Shown: positions 10,240 through 25,200 of the stretch, in pieces | Position numbering within the stretch: the stretch's first letter is position 1 | Layout of the letters: each line of letters opens with the position of its first letter | From: Octopus sinensis | Taxonomy: Eukaryota | Direction of reading: 5' to 3' | DNA length: 64,000 nt | Assembly (NCBI RefSeq): GCF_006345805.1 | Contig: NC_043004.1 | Location: 14,880,001-14,944,000 of the forward strand | Notes under the pieces: generated by a model | What the model was told of the DNA's origin: nothing | The model's database searches: none | Seen by the model: only the letters and a program-made list of their open reading frames with translations | Position numbers and translations under genes: made by a program

Positions 10240-13200
10240 AAATTCATATATTCACATATATATGTATGTATGTATATGTATAATATGTGTAACTGCTTGA
10301 GAGCGTTTGAGAGAGTATATCTGCATATGTCGGTGCTAATACAAATTGGCGTTCCCAGCGACAAATTTTAATTTATAACGAAAGTTTTCATATCTACGTA
10401 TAAAGACACTTGTATGTATAGATACATATATTTATTCATGTGTGTGTGTACCTACATGTAGTCTAATTTACGAATACTCTCGTATTTCTACACTGATTGT
10501 TACATAATTATGTATCAACCGATAGATATATATATCGGTTTCAAATTTTGTCACAAGGCCAGCAATTTCGCGTCAGGGTGTAAGTCGAATATACATCGAC
10601 ATCAATGTAGAACTGGCATTTATTTTAGCGTTCCCGAAATGACGAAAAAGCAGAATGGACTTTGGCAGAAATTAAATTCCAAACATAAAGACGGATTAAA
10701 TACCCCTAATCATAATATTCAGCGTGTTAATGATTCTGCATGTTCCCAGCTTTAACCGATAAAAAATATATCAATATATACGCTCCAAAAATTTGCATGC
10801 AATTTGTGATAAGTATATTATAATTGATATTCCATAACAGATTCAAATTATGTTTTAGATTTCTCAAATATACGGAATTCCAATAACCTATATATAAAAA
10901 TTACGAAATAACATCATGTGGTAGAAACATTCTTTTCCGAACTTAACTCTTGTGTCACTATCTAGAGAAAATGAAAAATGTTTAAGCTTTACAGTATATG
11001 TGTTATAATTTTCAGCTTAAAAGAAATTTCCTTTCATCCTTCGAGGTGGATGAAATAAGTATTAGTTGAACATTTGTGTCAGTGTAATCGACCTACCTCC
11101 TGTCGCAAAATCGCAAGCCTTGTCTGCATAGTAAAAAGAATTATTAGATATGCTCAGCGATCATACTCTACCCAGTTAGCAAAACTTTAGAATGATCACT
11201 ATATATATATATATATAAATTAGATAAAACCACCTTTTATCAATTCAAAATGAACAATTAAATTACACCATCTAGAAAATTACATATAATAGAAATATAA
11301 AAAATGAAATAGCAATAATATACCGATGATTAAGTAAATTGCAAAATAATAATAAAAACGTATATATTTGGATATTATTAGTTACTACTTCCATCGAAGA
11401 GAGTGAAGCAGATTATGAGGAATACGGGATAGTATAAAGGAAAAATAGTCATAAGTGTATGAGGGTCGATAGCAACTGTTACCATGAAGGCATATATAAC
11501 TTAAGAGTTATAGAACTTCGTTATATCGTCAGATGAATTTTTATTTGTATTTTCTCCATATATTTATATATATTCAGTGTGCAGATAGCACGTTTTGCGG
11601 CACACGTCACTTAAACGAGATTTTACGTAGTTTCGTTTCGATGATAATATAGTTTAAAATAATGCATTTTTATAGAAATAACAGAGCTGTAGGCCTCCAT
11701 TTTACTCCTCATTGCTCAGGTATTTAAAAAATGTGTTGTACAATGTTTACGTACAAATTATTGTATAGTAAAATATATTAAATCTAAAAACACAGAATTT
11801 ACATGAATCATTCAACATACATAAATATAGAGTTGATTCAAGATTGTATAACAATGCATCGTTGTAAGATTGTAAGGAGGACATCGGGGTATTATTAAGT
11901 ACGATCATTTTCTATTATAATAAAAACAATCTCAATAAATGCATCGTCAAAGTGTGAGAAAGAATATGTTACTCCGCATTCATTTATGTGTTAATTATAC
12001 AATTAGTGCACTTTTCTACATCTTGCTAACAAACTTCTAATGCCTCATTTTTAATATTCCCTTGTGCAGTGTTTTTGACACTTTATAACTCACTTTTAAG
12101 AAATAAAGAAAGAAGTTAAGACAATTTTGATGTTCTTAAATGCTGACATTTTGTTTCTTCTCGTTATAATTGTTTATGTTCGAACACATGATCTCAGATC
12201 CAATCTTTCGCGCATGGAAAGCATCTTCAAATAAACAGAAAACGAAAGAAGCAATAAATGTTTATGGTAAGGGTTACCAACAGTATTTAGCTCTGTATTC
12301 ATTATATGATAGATTGGTATAATGTTGGATAACACAGCTGGATACCTTTGAAAATCAGTGTCCAAATTCTAAGGAAATAAACTTCGATTACTATTTGTCG
12401 TAAGTGTTCAGTGAAAATATATTGCTCTATTCAGGGAACCAAGATAAAAGTGTGAAAAACAACGTCACATTCATTAATGCACGTTTGCATTTTTGTATAA
12501 TGCACATGCGTTTTGGCATAATATATTTGCACTGAGAGAAAATAATTTAAACTCGTTTTCGTGCCTCAGTAAGAAAATCAGAAATGATTACTGAAAATCG
12601 CATTAGATTACAAATAATTTCTTAAGTTACAAGAAAATCTATTTTCCTGTGGGTTTTCAATACGTGTGCATCTGGCGCATTCTGTTCGTATAAAGAAAGT
12701 ATTTTCTGAAATTAATTAGAGCGTTGGTGTTTTATATCGATTTTTATAAATATCCTTTATATTATCACTTTTTATATGAATTCATATTAAATGCTAAGAA
12801 ACGCAAAAATAATGTAACGAGTGCTTTATAAGCTCTTTCATTAAATATCTATCAAGTGGTTATCTTAATCAGAGACTTAGGGAAACATTTAGAAAAATAT
12901 TGGCCATTTCTTAATTGGTTTAGAGAAGAAACATACTTATCAGCCTGTGTTAATGAATAGAATAAAGCAGCTTTACAAATTCCAAACGTGTGTTGGGGTT
13001 GAGAGGTAAAAATATCTTACAGTTGTTCAGTATTCATTGATTAATTCAATAGCGCAAGAAGGTAGTTCTAAAATGTACAGCTTAACTTATCGTCTTGTAT
13101 TTCAATTAGTCTTATCCCCATCAAATATAATTAATTTAAATGTGTGTGCATGTGTGTCTATGTAAATATATATATATATTTATATGTGTGTGTGTGCGTG

Positions 13201-13329
13201 TGTTTGTGTGTATGCGTGTGTGTGTGTGTGTTTGTGTATGTGTGTGCATATAAATATGAACGCATATGCATGCAGTGTGATTTCCTTCACATAAATAGTG
13301 TGTGATTCGTTATTAACTCTCTTAAAAGG

Positions 13330-14440
13330 CACAAAGCGGGCATGACCCCACTGGTAAGCTTGCTCAAGTCTCCGTTTATGGAATGGATTCTTGATGTATG
13401 CTATTTACATTGTGTTTCAATGATGAATAATAAGAGAAAAATCAGGGTAAACCAAGGTTAGTGTCATCTGCATAAGAGTGGGTTTTGATATATTCGGCAG
13501 TAAGTAAACTATTCGTGTATAGACAAAAGAGTATAATGGATGGAACGAAACACCGTGGACACCAAGGTCGGACAGCCACAATATTACGATGACATATGTA
13601 GTTTCTGGTACAAGGCATGAGATTTAGGTGCAGTCTGTAGGCGGGAACGTTTGATAAGAGATCTGCTTGCACAATATTTTCGTGAGTCTTTACAGCTTTG
13701 TAGAATAACAGCATTGCTTTCACTGCACTTCTCTAAAGTACGAGCTCATTGGGAAATTACATAAAGAGTAGGGTTCCAGTGGAGCTCCCTCCGCGAAAGC
13801 CTTACTTCTGGTTAGTAAAGAATGGTATAGGCTTAAAACGATGAAGAGTATCATTGTTATCTCCATTTATGTGGGCAATGATAAAAGTTTGAATCATGGT
13901 GCTTGATGGAACGGAGGGTTTGACCCATAGACGTAGAAAAAATTAGGAAAAGATCAAGGTATATGGTGCATCATTATAACGGTTTCTAATGCGTATATGA
14001 GATTAAAAACTTGGCCTAAATTGTTCAAAACAGCGAAGCATTCAACAGCTATATCGACACCATCCAGATAGGGAGTAATGTGAAAATCCACGTGAAGGTA
14101 TGAGCCTTGATTTACTGAGGACGGCGATTCCGTTGAGGAGAGTGGTGACTTTAAGAATCTCTCAAAGCCTATAGAGACACTCTGATGGTTACCTCCAAGT
14201 TAACGTCTACAAGGAATTGCTTGCACAGTGTCTGTATGTTATCTGAGCAGACAGAAAATGAATGTAACTGGAAAATGAATTGCATAAGTGAATCGGATGT
14301 AATAGTCTGAGAGTATTTTGCAAAATTCTAGGATTTGATATAGACTTCTACCAAGGTCGCTGGAGTCGATGACATTCTCATATTTCAAGATGTTAAACCA
14401 ATATTCGTTTGCAGGCTTCTTATGATTTATTTTCATATAG
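13330..14440 (-). mobile_element. Decayed non-LTR retrotransposon (LINE) RT fragment
   Basis: NQK*GFRGGSSTGTLL (~13775-13812), frameshifted GVPQG-like region followed by ILFCLYTNSL, and HSYADDT (YADD at 13463-13474). Boundaries approximate. Confidence 0.8.
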
Positions 14441-16299
14441 AGGTTACGGTATTGAATTACTCATATTAATGAGTAATTCAAAAGACTGGTTGAAATGTTT
14501 GGGGAGAATAAGCTCAGAGAGACTTGTAGCGAACTTGCAGTCATAATCATATGTCAAAGAGTAACAAATAGTGTACAATTATATTGTATAACTCAGTACT
14601 ATTGAATATGGCGTTCAGTTATACAATAACCATACATTAAGCCAACTATCATGAACTTATTTTGATGGAGTAAAAGGGAAGTTAAATATCGCCAAGGATT
14701 TAAAGATAAATTCCCATAGGAACCTAACAAAGGTGATTATCTTAACTGGCGCCACAAAATTATTTATAAATATGATAAAATGGAAAATGCTTGAAGTTTC
14801 AATATCAAGAGTAAACAATTTAGTGTAATTTAGTCTATGTTTCAAAAATATTTCCCTGTTCAACATTTTCTTATATTTTTTCTGTTGTGACAAAATTGGT
14901 AAAATGTTTGGATTATTTCATCCACTAAGCTGATACAGACCATTAAGAGCCTAACGATTCTTTCAAATATCCTATAATACTCCTACACTCCAGTGTAAGC
15001 ACATGCTCTTTGATGTACCTAGTATCACGCATACATACTAACACACACACACCACGTTACCGACACACTTGCACATACCTACTCACATAGGAGATACTTC
15101 CAGCATAATGAATATCACGATTACAATTATTCAATGAAAGCAATGCTTTAAAGTTTTAGTTGAGGGCTTAACACATATAGAGGTTTATTAAATTATTTTT
15201 ATCTTTATCCATGGATCACCTTGAAGACAGTTAAAGAGAATTCATAATCCCTGTCTATTCAGTAGGCTCATGTGAGCCACTCGTTTTCTTTCTCTGTGTA
15301 ACTTATGCGTGCGTGTGGGTTTGTATACATGACTATATATGTACACGCTCACCCATGTACAAGCACATACTCACCATGTACATGCACACACACGCACAGA
15401 GTCACATATAACGATAACAAAAATATAATTATATGAATATATCTAATTATCCATAAATGTATACGACTATATACATTGACTAGTTGCATAGCTATTTACC
15501 ATCCATATACACATTTAAAGTAATACGTAGATTAAACAAGAAAACAAAAAAAATATAGGAAAAATATTAATTCTTCCCTAAGCTTTATACATTTCGTATT
15601 TCGCTATAATATTATTCATATTTTTTATCCTGAAAGAGCAATAAAGACCTCACCAAGGTACGTTGTATTGTTTATTTTTCTCCTCTACCATAAATTAAAT
15701 ATTTTATTTTCTCCTTGTGCATATTATTTTCTGCCAATCATATATTGTCATGATGAGGTATATTTCTTTTGCCTACGAGATTATTCATCAAGAACATATA
15801 TGAAATAAAAGAAATATATTCCATAACGGAAACCAACAAGAGACGTTAGTAATAAGATCGAATAATGGAAAATAATGCAGAGAAAGAAGTAAGAGTGATA
15901 GAATAAGAGAGAATAAGAGTCATGAAGATATAAGAAAAAGACATAAGAACTGGATCGATATAAGTTGAAGTCATAGACAAACACCATAGAGAAAAGAATG
16001 CTACTGACAATATGAAAGATCGTTATGCATGCATGCAAAAATCACAGAGATGCATACACATTATACGCATAAATGTAAACAGATTATATATAAGATTCAC
16101 TCACACACGTGGCTATATATTCATATCTATGCGTACACATTTAGCAACAGATACATGTACATTTATTCATATGCAATATTTATGGCATATATATCTGTTT
16201 TTATATATATGTATATACATACATACATATATATATATACATTCACAGATATACATATATACATATGTTTATATATATATAAGCGCGTATGTATATACG

Positions 16300-16357
<58 letters not shown>

Positions 16358-17625
16358 TGAATACACACGCACTCAAGTATATCTGTCTATAGGGTTTTAT
16401 TGGCGTCATTGTTTAGTAACTGTTTACTTATAGAAATATGCCATTCAATGATTCAATAGTAGTTATTGAAAATAAATTTGAACTTACACTCTTGGCCACT
16501 ATTAGTTCTCTGTTGAAACTGAGCTTCCCTATGATGCTAAGGCAAGACACGACACGGAGCATACCAAATAGTTTATGGGAACACGGAACAGATAACAGGA
16601 TTAAATAATAATGTTAGGTTGTACTCAGTACTAGTAGCAGAGGAATAGTCAGTGTACAAATATCAAACTATCAATCTAGTAGCACACTACTTTATTAAAA
16701 CATCTGTTACTTTATGATGTGCTAAAACTCTATGTTATGCTAAAACAATATACTGACATCTAATACGTTGAAATGCAAGCGTGATGGTGTTGTTTTTGTT
16801 TATACATTTAATCGTGTTCTTCGCAGAGTCACAGAAACTCACATACGCTATCAGAGCATTTAACATTACGCTAATGGATTTTCTCATTACTTTGACACGG
16901 AAGCATTCATATGAAATCAGAACAAGAACAATAGAAGACCATGATTTTAACATATGGTCAAGGCATTAACATAAATTGACTCTAACACCTAATCGCACTA
17001 TTCATCAACAGCGTAAAAGTATTGTCCATACATGATCCGAAACCGAACAATAATGTTTATAAATATTTGATATTAGTATAAAGTTACATTGAATTTAATA
17101 TGTTATTAAAGCATTATAATACAGCTTGTATAATACATTTTTCTAGCTAGATTAACAATAAATAAAATTTAGTTTTTTAAAAATAACTCAAACGTAGCAT
17201 TAAACCATTGATATGATTGCAACATTAAGGCACAACGTGCCAAATACCAAATAGCATTGTTTCTAATATAAATCCCGTGGTTTCTAATATACGACTGCAG
17301 TTTTGGAATCAAAAAGATTCTAATATATGACAACGGCGTTGCTTCATGATGGTTCAGACATGTGATCCATCAGAAATATTGGGTGTTGTTCAAATTGAAA
17401 CTACGGATTATAAATCTAAAGAAATGTAAGGTAGCATATTAGATATGTTTAAATTAAATATATGTATAATGCATCAGACATCTGATACATACCTCGCTTA
17501 TTCACAAGACCATATCAAGAAATCTACCAAATGAACTGATAAGGTTGAAAATAATATTCATTCCTAAATAACTGAGCACACATAGAGACGTACAAAATTA
17601 TGTATAACCACATGTACAATCACAC

Positions 17626-17694
<69 letters not shown>

Positions 17695-17794
17695 CACACA
17701 TACATATGTATATACATACATATATACATACATTATATATATATATATACACATATATATACATGCATTAATTTGACACTGAATTATTGGAAGT

Positions 17795-17837
17795 CCACCT
17801 GAAGATTGTCGATCAAGACTAGAAACGATTGTAGTGG
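17795..17837 (+). ncRNA. Type I hammerhead ribozyme motif with intact core
   Basis: CCAC-CUGAAGA-UUGUC(GAUCAA)GACUA-GAAA-CGAUUG-UA^GUGG: 4-bp stem I, stem II with one U-U mismatch, near-palindromic stem III, GUA cleavage site after 17833. Confidence 0.7.
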
Positions 17838-17930
17838 CGGTTTTTTTTACTATTTATTAAAATTTTATGTATTAATTAAGTCTTTCCTTGTTTGTTTTGC
17901 AAAATAGTGGTTTTGTCTCGAATAATATTT

Positions 17931-17961
<31 letters not shown>

Positions 17962-19296
17962 ATATATACATAAAGTTATGCCATACTACAATTTATATCT
18001 ACAGATATATAATCAATGTGTGCGTGCAAAATCTAGATAAAGTAATAGATGAAGTGTCAAAGTAAGAATTTGTGCGCGTACACGGGATTTTTAATCCTTC
18101 TGTACAGGTATTGTCGGTTAAATACATGATGACTATATGCAATAATTTTTTATGATAAAAATCTGCTATCGCATGTGTGTGTGTGTGTAACTATATCTGT
18201 ACATGTAAGTTTTTGCTTGCCTAAATGTATGCATAGCTTTGGTTGGGGATATATTTTTGTCTGCATGTATATATATGTAATGCATCATTTCACCGTTTTC
18301 AAATTCATCTATGACATTGAATTTTCTGTATGCACTAATAAAAACACGAATGTTTCGCAGGGCAAATGAAGACTTGATTATACTGAATATGCTGCGAATA
18401 AGTATACGGGATTTGAGCAAGTTCGAATGAAATGAATGCGCGACACGCGACACCAAATGTATTACTAAATTAATATCAAGGAGTTGTAGTAAATATTTTA
18501 TTAATTAAAATGATTTGAAGTTTGTTTTCAAGCGTTAACTATACGTTAAATATAGATAACCACTTTGATATCTTTTCATAATTAGCATGTTTGTTAAAGC
18601 AATAATATGAATATATTATGTTATTTTGAATTATGATTTAAGACAGAAACGTGATTTTGATGTTTATAAATTGTCTACGCTTCTTTTAATTCTTATTTAC
18701 CTATTAATTATGGTATATAATATATAAGCACTAGAACACAGGCTCTGATTTAAACTTGCCATTTTAAGTTAAATTTTCCCAACCCTCATGCGGCGTGCGT
18801 GTTTCCGTGAATTGTGATGCATAATGAAACGCCCATCAATGGCATATCACATATTCACACATTCAAACAACATACATATATGTATATATTGATTTCATTC
18901 AGTAGACTAAATTTTGTCATTGATCATAAAGGAATTTAGTTGATTAATCAAATGCAACATGTTGCTGGAAGATTTTCAATGACTGAATAGTGTTTGTGTC
19001 AGGGGCAACATGATCGGATCTATTATGCTATAGTATGTTGTAAGGCACTGAGGTGACAATGTAAATTATATGACACATTCAGCGGCCTTTTTCTTAAATG
19101 ACAGAGCGAAATATAACTTCGCTGAAATTGGTAAATCAAATCATAAATCTCTCCTAAAGGGATTATCTAGACATACGTATATAAAACTTATATAACAAAA
19201 TATACATACGCACATACGTACATACATTCCTTACATGCATACATTCATATATATACATATACATACATACATACACATACACACACATATGTATAT

Positions 19297-19349
<53 letters not shown>

Positions 19350-19810
19350 TTGTGTATGCATGTGTGTGTGTGTGTGCGTATATATGTATGAATATGCGAA
19401 CTTTGCAATATTTCATTACTTGTTTTGTAAATGTATTCGAGGTCGTACTGGTGGACGTGGTAGCATACAGTTACGTCATTTGTTTAATCTTCGTATTCTG
19501 CACAATATTTGTATTAGTTTAACTGTAATGAAGGCAAGAAGGAGCTATTTTGGGGTCCACTACAATAGATTAAACACACCACAATCACACATACACAGAA
19601 ACATAGACATGCACACATATAAACACTCAGTATATTCGCATCCTCATTAATGTGTTCGATATATACATATACATATACATATACATTCACACAAGTGCAC
19701 GCACAGACACAGACACATACACATATGTATGAAAGCATAAAGATGGAATGTCTAAATAAGTATGTTATATAATGTTTGAATATATCATGTGTTAGAGGAT
19801 AAAGTGAAAC

Positions 19811-19878
19811 CAGTCGCCAGCCGGGATCACATTTTTTTCGAGGTTTTTTGACTCCTTTTGTTGAGTTTTTGTCAGCCG
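19811..19878 (-). CDS. Candidate next exon of the sushi gene
   Basis: Acceptor tttcag|; the phase-1 frame continues the sushi exon as ADKNSTKGVKKPRKKCDPGWRL (CxxGW recalls a C-type lectin N-terminus). The putative donor gtttca is poor, so the end is uncertain. Confidence 0.25.
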
Positions 19879-20905
19879 CTGAAACTAAGAAATACATATG
19901 CAACAACTAAAATTTTAATTCATATAAATCTACATGTTTTCCACAAACAATTTATCATCTTTCTGAATTACATACAAACACACGTCTAGGAAGAAAACAG
20001 TATAATGAAGGATTATGTCATTGAATGAAATATAGACACATGCATTTATTGAAATTGTAACACATTGTCAAAACAAAATTATATTCATATAAGCAGTGAT
20101 AATATTCTCAAGGACTATAGCTATTATGTGCACTTGTAAATTATTCTATGCATTACACATTGACATGCAAACAGAAATCTCAGTATAAATAATGTTGTTT
20201 GTAGATTTTTCAATTTATTATGAATAACGATATTGTGACTCATTTAACAGAGAAGCACAGAAGTTAGCTGCTGGCAATATATTATCTGGTTAGGTTTAGA
20301 ATGTTTTCATTAGCTAATGGATACACAGATTTGTATTAAGTGCGGTCTGCATGCAATACTGTTGATTATATATATATATAAATGTTACATGATGCATAAA
20401 TGTGACATTAAGTGTGTGTCTGCATCTTCATATTAATATTTAAAAATTAGTTTGTTTACGCACCGACCTCAAAAATCAATCTTGCTAACATAAGATGCTA
20501 TTTATCTTCTGCGTGATATACATGCATATTAAAATACATATTAGATGGTTATTTATAGGATGGTTATTTAAGATTATGCATTCATGATTAAGGTATTTAT
20601 AAATATGCATATGAAATATATAACAAGAATATCCAATTGCCAGCGCCACCTAATGTTTTAGAAGTAATTTACTGTATAATTATTACATTATCATATTTAA
20701 TGTGCAATTAGTCTGTTTACTATATCAGCTGAGGTAAAAGATGCTAGTTGTTTGCTATGATTTATTTAAAATGAAATATTATAATTAAAGGATTTAAAAT
20801 TTACATTATATATAAATATTCTTATACTACCGATAACTTATATAATAATATTAACATGATGTTACATTTCTGTGTTTGTGTCCTCAGATATAGAATCTCA
20901 CTTAC

Positions 20906-21085
20906 CTCTCTCGCAACTCGGCTCCATTCCGTCCCATGTGCCATCTGGCCGACACGTCCGTGTGGCCCGTCCCGCAAGATGGAATCCTTGGAAACATGAG
21001 TACTGAGCCTTGGAGGCAATCATACTTGGCGGGAGAATTTCAACACGCCCATTCTCTATCTGAGGCAGGAGTGGACACCCAGCAT
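20906..21085 (-). CDS. Internal exon encoding a complete sushi/CCP domain
   Basis: Acceptor ccatag| (alternative in-frame tctag| would start the exon at 21115) and donor |gtaagt; 180 nt, phase 1-1: AGCPLLPQIENGRVEILPPSMIASKAQYSCFQGFHLAGRATRTCRPDGTWDGMEPSCER. Canonical ENG, YSC-x-x-GF-x-L-x-G, R-x-C-x-x-DG-x-W-x-G-x-x-P-x-C. Confidence 0.92.
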
Positions 21086-22044
21086 CTATGGATACGAACG
21101 GCACAGGTGAACTTTCTAGACTAGGTGCAGTTTTAAAATTAATATTATCATTATTTCCACCCATCTTAATTTAATATGAATACCTACATATATTAAATTG
21201 TGTTGTTTTTTAGTGTGGTATTGTATATATGTGTGTGTGCTCCTAATTAATGTTCATGCATATATTATGTAAGCAAAAAGATTAGAAACATGCCCTTCTA
21301 TTTTTATTAATATTATCTAATCTAAACATATATCTAATCTAGACATGTATCTAATCTAAACAATAACATAAACACAATAAATACAAACAAAAACGCAATC
21401 ATAACAATCTTAATATGAATTTTTTTCTTCTTTAAAATAATATGGCAGATGCATTCATTTTTGAGAAAAAATTAAACGCCAATAAATAAATATATTAATA
21501 AATAAACAAACAAAAAAACAGAAATCAGAAAATCCTCTCAGAAAACATACATTTAAAGTAGTCTAAATTAATGGAGGAACGTATGTGATAATATGTATTT
21601 CTTTCCTGCATTCATTAATATCACTTACAAGTACAGCATTTAGAACGTAATAAAAGAGAAGGCTTCGCTGTAAACATGTTTATAAAAGCATCGCTCTGTT
21701 TGATGTGTACGATTTAACTTTCTCGATACATCATGATATAGCGCTAAGGAGATTTAAATATGATATTCAACTATATTAATATATTGCAGCCTTACTCATA
21801 AATGATTACATGACTGCATGTTTAAAAATATATGTTTAACAACTTACCTAATCCAGGTATATAAGAAACGGTACGCAAAAGTTCATATGCACACGAATAC
21901 GCGCAGTCTTATGAATTGACACAAATATGCCTCTTGCGCATACACACACATACACACATGCACACATATACACCCATATATATTCCTTGCGCCCTTTTAA
22001 AGACTAGCCGGGCTCATGGGCCCGGTTTCCCGATTTCTATGGCG

Positions 22045-22233
22045 TATGTGTTCCACAGTTGGACGGGACGCCAGTCCATCGCAGCGTTACTCATTTTTGC
22101 CATCTGAGTGGACTGGAGCAACGTGAAATGAATTGCTTTGCTCAAGAACACAACGCATCACTCGGCCCAGGAATCGAAACCACAATCTTACGATCATGAT
22201 GCTGTCACCCTAATCACTAAGCCACGCGCCTCC
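22045..22233 (-). mobile_element. tRNA-derived SINE
   Basis: Minus-strand A-box-like TGGCTTAGTGA (22214-22224) and B-box-like GGTTTCGATTCC (22170-22181). Confidence 0.75.
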
Positions 22234-25200
22234 ACATGTATATATATATATATATACGCAAATCTATGCATGTATGTGTACATATATGAGTATAGGGTGT
22301 ATCGCTCTGAATATTAGCGTTTCAGATGCTGGACCAAACGAGTAATTCACATACTAACTTACACTGTATGAGACTGAGAATTGCCATCTAATTTTTCTTT
22401 TGACATATTGCTTCCATACATGCGCAGGGGTGGTTGCGTAAGTTTGTTCCCAAGGAAATGATTCCAAGTTCGGGATCACAGCGAGGTATCTTCGGCAAGT
22501 GTTTTCGACTACACCCTGGAGCTGATCAAATCCTTGCAAATGGATTTAGTAGACGGAGATTGAAAGACGCCCATCGTGTGTATATTTATGCGTGTATAAG
22601 TTTACGTCTATTTGTGTATGTCATTCCTACCACTATTTGGCAACAGGTATTGGTGTGTGTACGTCAGTATAAATTAGAGTTTCGGAAAAGAGAACGACAG
22701 AAAAACGACCACGCTTTAAAAAATAAGTACTGAGCTGGATTCATTCGATAAAATTTCCTCAGGGCGGTGCCCGAGTATGGCCACCGTCTAATGAATGAAA
22801 CATGTAAAAGAATATAAAATACATATTCAGCCTGGCTTTAATATTGTTACTCTTCTGAATAAATAATATACACCTTTGAGAGAGTTTCTAGAAATAACAT
22901 TTTGCAAGATCGATTCATAAATGTACATTCGGTGTGTGATTATGGTAAAAAGCAGATGCCTATAGTGTACAGATATCAATGTTTAAAATGTTTCGGTTTG
23001 TACTCTATTATGCTACTAATTTTATGAAAATCTCTTGCTGCTTGTCAATGGAATCTTAGGAACAACAATAATCAGAAATCATGTATGTACAAAACTTATG
23101 GATAACACCATATACGGAGGGCTCCACCAACTTATAAACTAGAACGTCAATAAAGATATTTTTCAATATGTTTTTTTTTTTGTTATAGCATGTCATATAA
23201 TAATCCCGAAGCACACAATGTTGCAATGTAGAGCTAAAATCTACTTTTCTCCGTCCGATTCAATTTCTTAGCAGCAACGGTAGCACGTAAAATAATTACC
23301 TTGCAATACCACAACATATATCATGAAATAGCCCAAAGCATTATGTAAATCACAGTTACATGTACAGAAACCTTTCCTCTCACTGATAAGATTGAAATTG
23401 GCAATCAAAAGACAGCATTTGGCACGTGATGAAATAATGTTTACTTCAATATTAATAATTGAACTCCCAAATATAATATACCTACATAACATTGAATGGA
23501 TAATTTAATAGATTAACTTATTTTAAATCTATTTGCTAGTATTGGTCAAAGAATGTTATCGAAACATGTGCTTAGACATAAATGATGTTGCATTCTTTAT
23601 AGCAGTAGAGACTTATCTACGGATCGAAAATGCTAAATATAATGCGTCTGCGTAGGTGAGCGTCTAAAAGTTTGTTCCTAAAATCTATGTATTGAAAACC
23701 TTAAATGACAGGCTAATAACACAGGATGATTCTAAATACTTTTAGACATATCATAACTCTATACAATAATACATTAAACACACACACACACATACACAGA
23801 TGATGAGAGGATGAGACTGAGGTAAGAAATCAAACAGCTAAATGTCTGAGGACAATTGACATATTTTAGAAAATATTGTTATAATGTATATATATATATA
23901 TATATATTTGCATATAAATATGCATTTTGTTAGTAAATTCATGCATTGATGTATGCAAATGCGCACACACATGTACATACAGAAGCATGTTCAGATATAT
24001 ATGCGTGGGTGTGTATGGGGGGGTAGTGTGTATGTGTGTACGTGCATGGTGCGTGTGTATGTGTGTGTGTTTCTGTTTTACCACGCATAATCATATGAAA
24101 TTTTGTTCTCCATCCTCTTCCAATTACTTAAGAGATATTCTGCAGTAGCATGAAACTGTAGAGAAAGGAACCTAAGAAATCTAACATATTGTAAACCTAT
24201 TTATAATATTTTCAACTAGATAATGATTCATTTGACCCATTTTTACATTCTCGTCTAATATGTTAGAGTAGTTTTAATAACTTCACTATTCGAGCATATT
24301 ACTTTTTTCAATTTCATCCAGATAAATAGTAAAACTTTTTCGACATAAAAATCAATGCAACATAGTGTATTAATAATTACAGTTAGTGCATTTTCAATTT
24401 GTATAACTTTCCTATATTATATTCCTGTGCCAGACAGACTACCTTACAGCAACGCACAAACTCAGAAATTTGATTTTGAAAAGGCTTTATTTTTTGCTAC
24501 AACAATATTTTTATCTAAGCCATTTTCAATCTTTGTTTCCGTATTATATTCCTTTCCTCAAACTTTTGAAGCCCGAATGCATATAAAATTACATTATTAA
24601 CATTCCTTAATTTTATATCATCTATGCACGTTCTCCAACAGACTTACTAATCACCTTTATTTTTTAGATGTAAATTCATAAATATAGCCGGATTCATTCG
24701 TTGGCTTCATCTCTGCATATATTTTTTAGACGCCTAAGTCCAAAACAATAACTCTTTATTCAGGTTATCTTCTCCCTAACCTATATTCCTCAAAATATTT
24801 GTTATCTGAAGATTAGCATGTCATGTTTATTGTTATATATTTTAATATATTCATGTCTTTTTGACACGAATGCCGTTTATTGTTTTTAGAACAAACATTT
24901 TAAGTTTCCATATGGAATTTCGTTTACCATGATTTTCTACTGGCATCTGAATATATTTTATGTTTGATGCTTTATAGCAAATATCGTGTAGTTTGTCACT
25001 TTTGAGTTCAGTTCTGCATCTTTATTAATAAATATTTTTACGTGTTTTTTACACATCAAAATATTTTCCCTTACTACACCATTTGTTCACTATTCAATTT
25101 TGCACTTCAATATCCCTAGCCAATATAAGTTATTTTTAAAAATTTAATAACACTTCTGCTCTACATATTAAAAATTGCTTTCAATAACAGCTGTTAATTT

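Noticed and set aside
12174-12365. Possible small exons on either strand (plus DPIFRAWK...; minus SSCVIQHY...YC)
   Set aside because: Weak acceptors or donors and no domain support; expected by chance.
21848-21907. 60-nt phase 1-1 candidate exon (CAYSCAYELL...)
   Set aside because: Needs a rare AAG acceptor without a pyrimidine tract.
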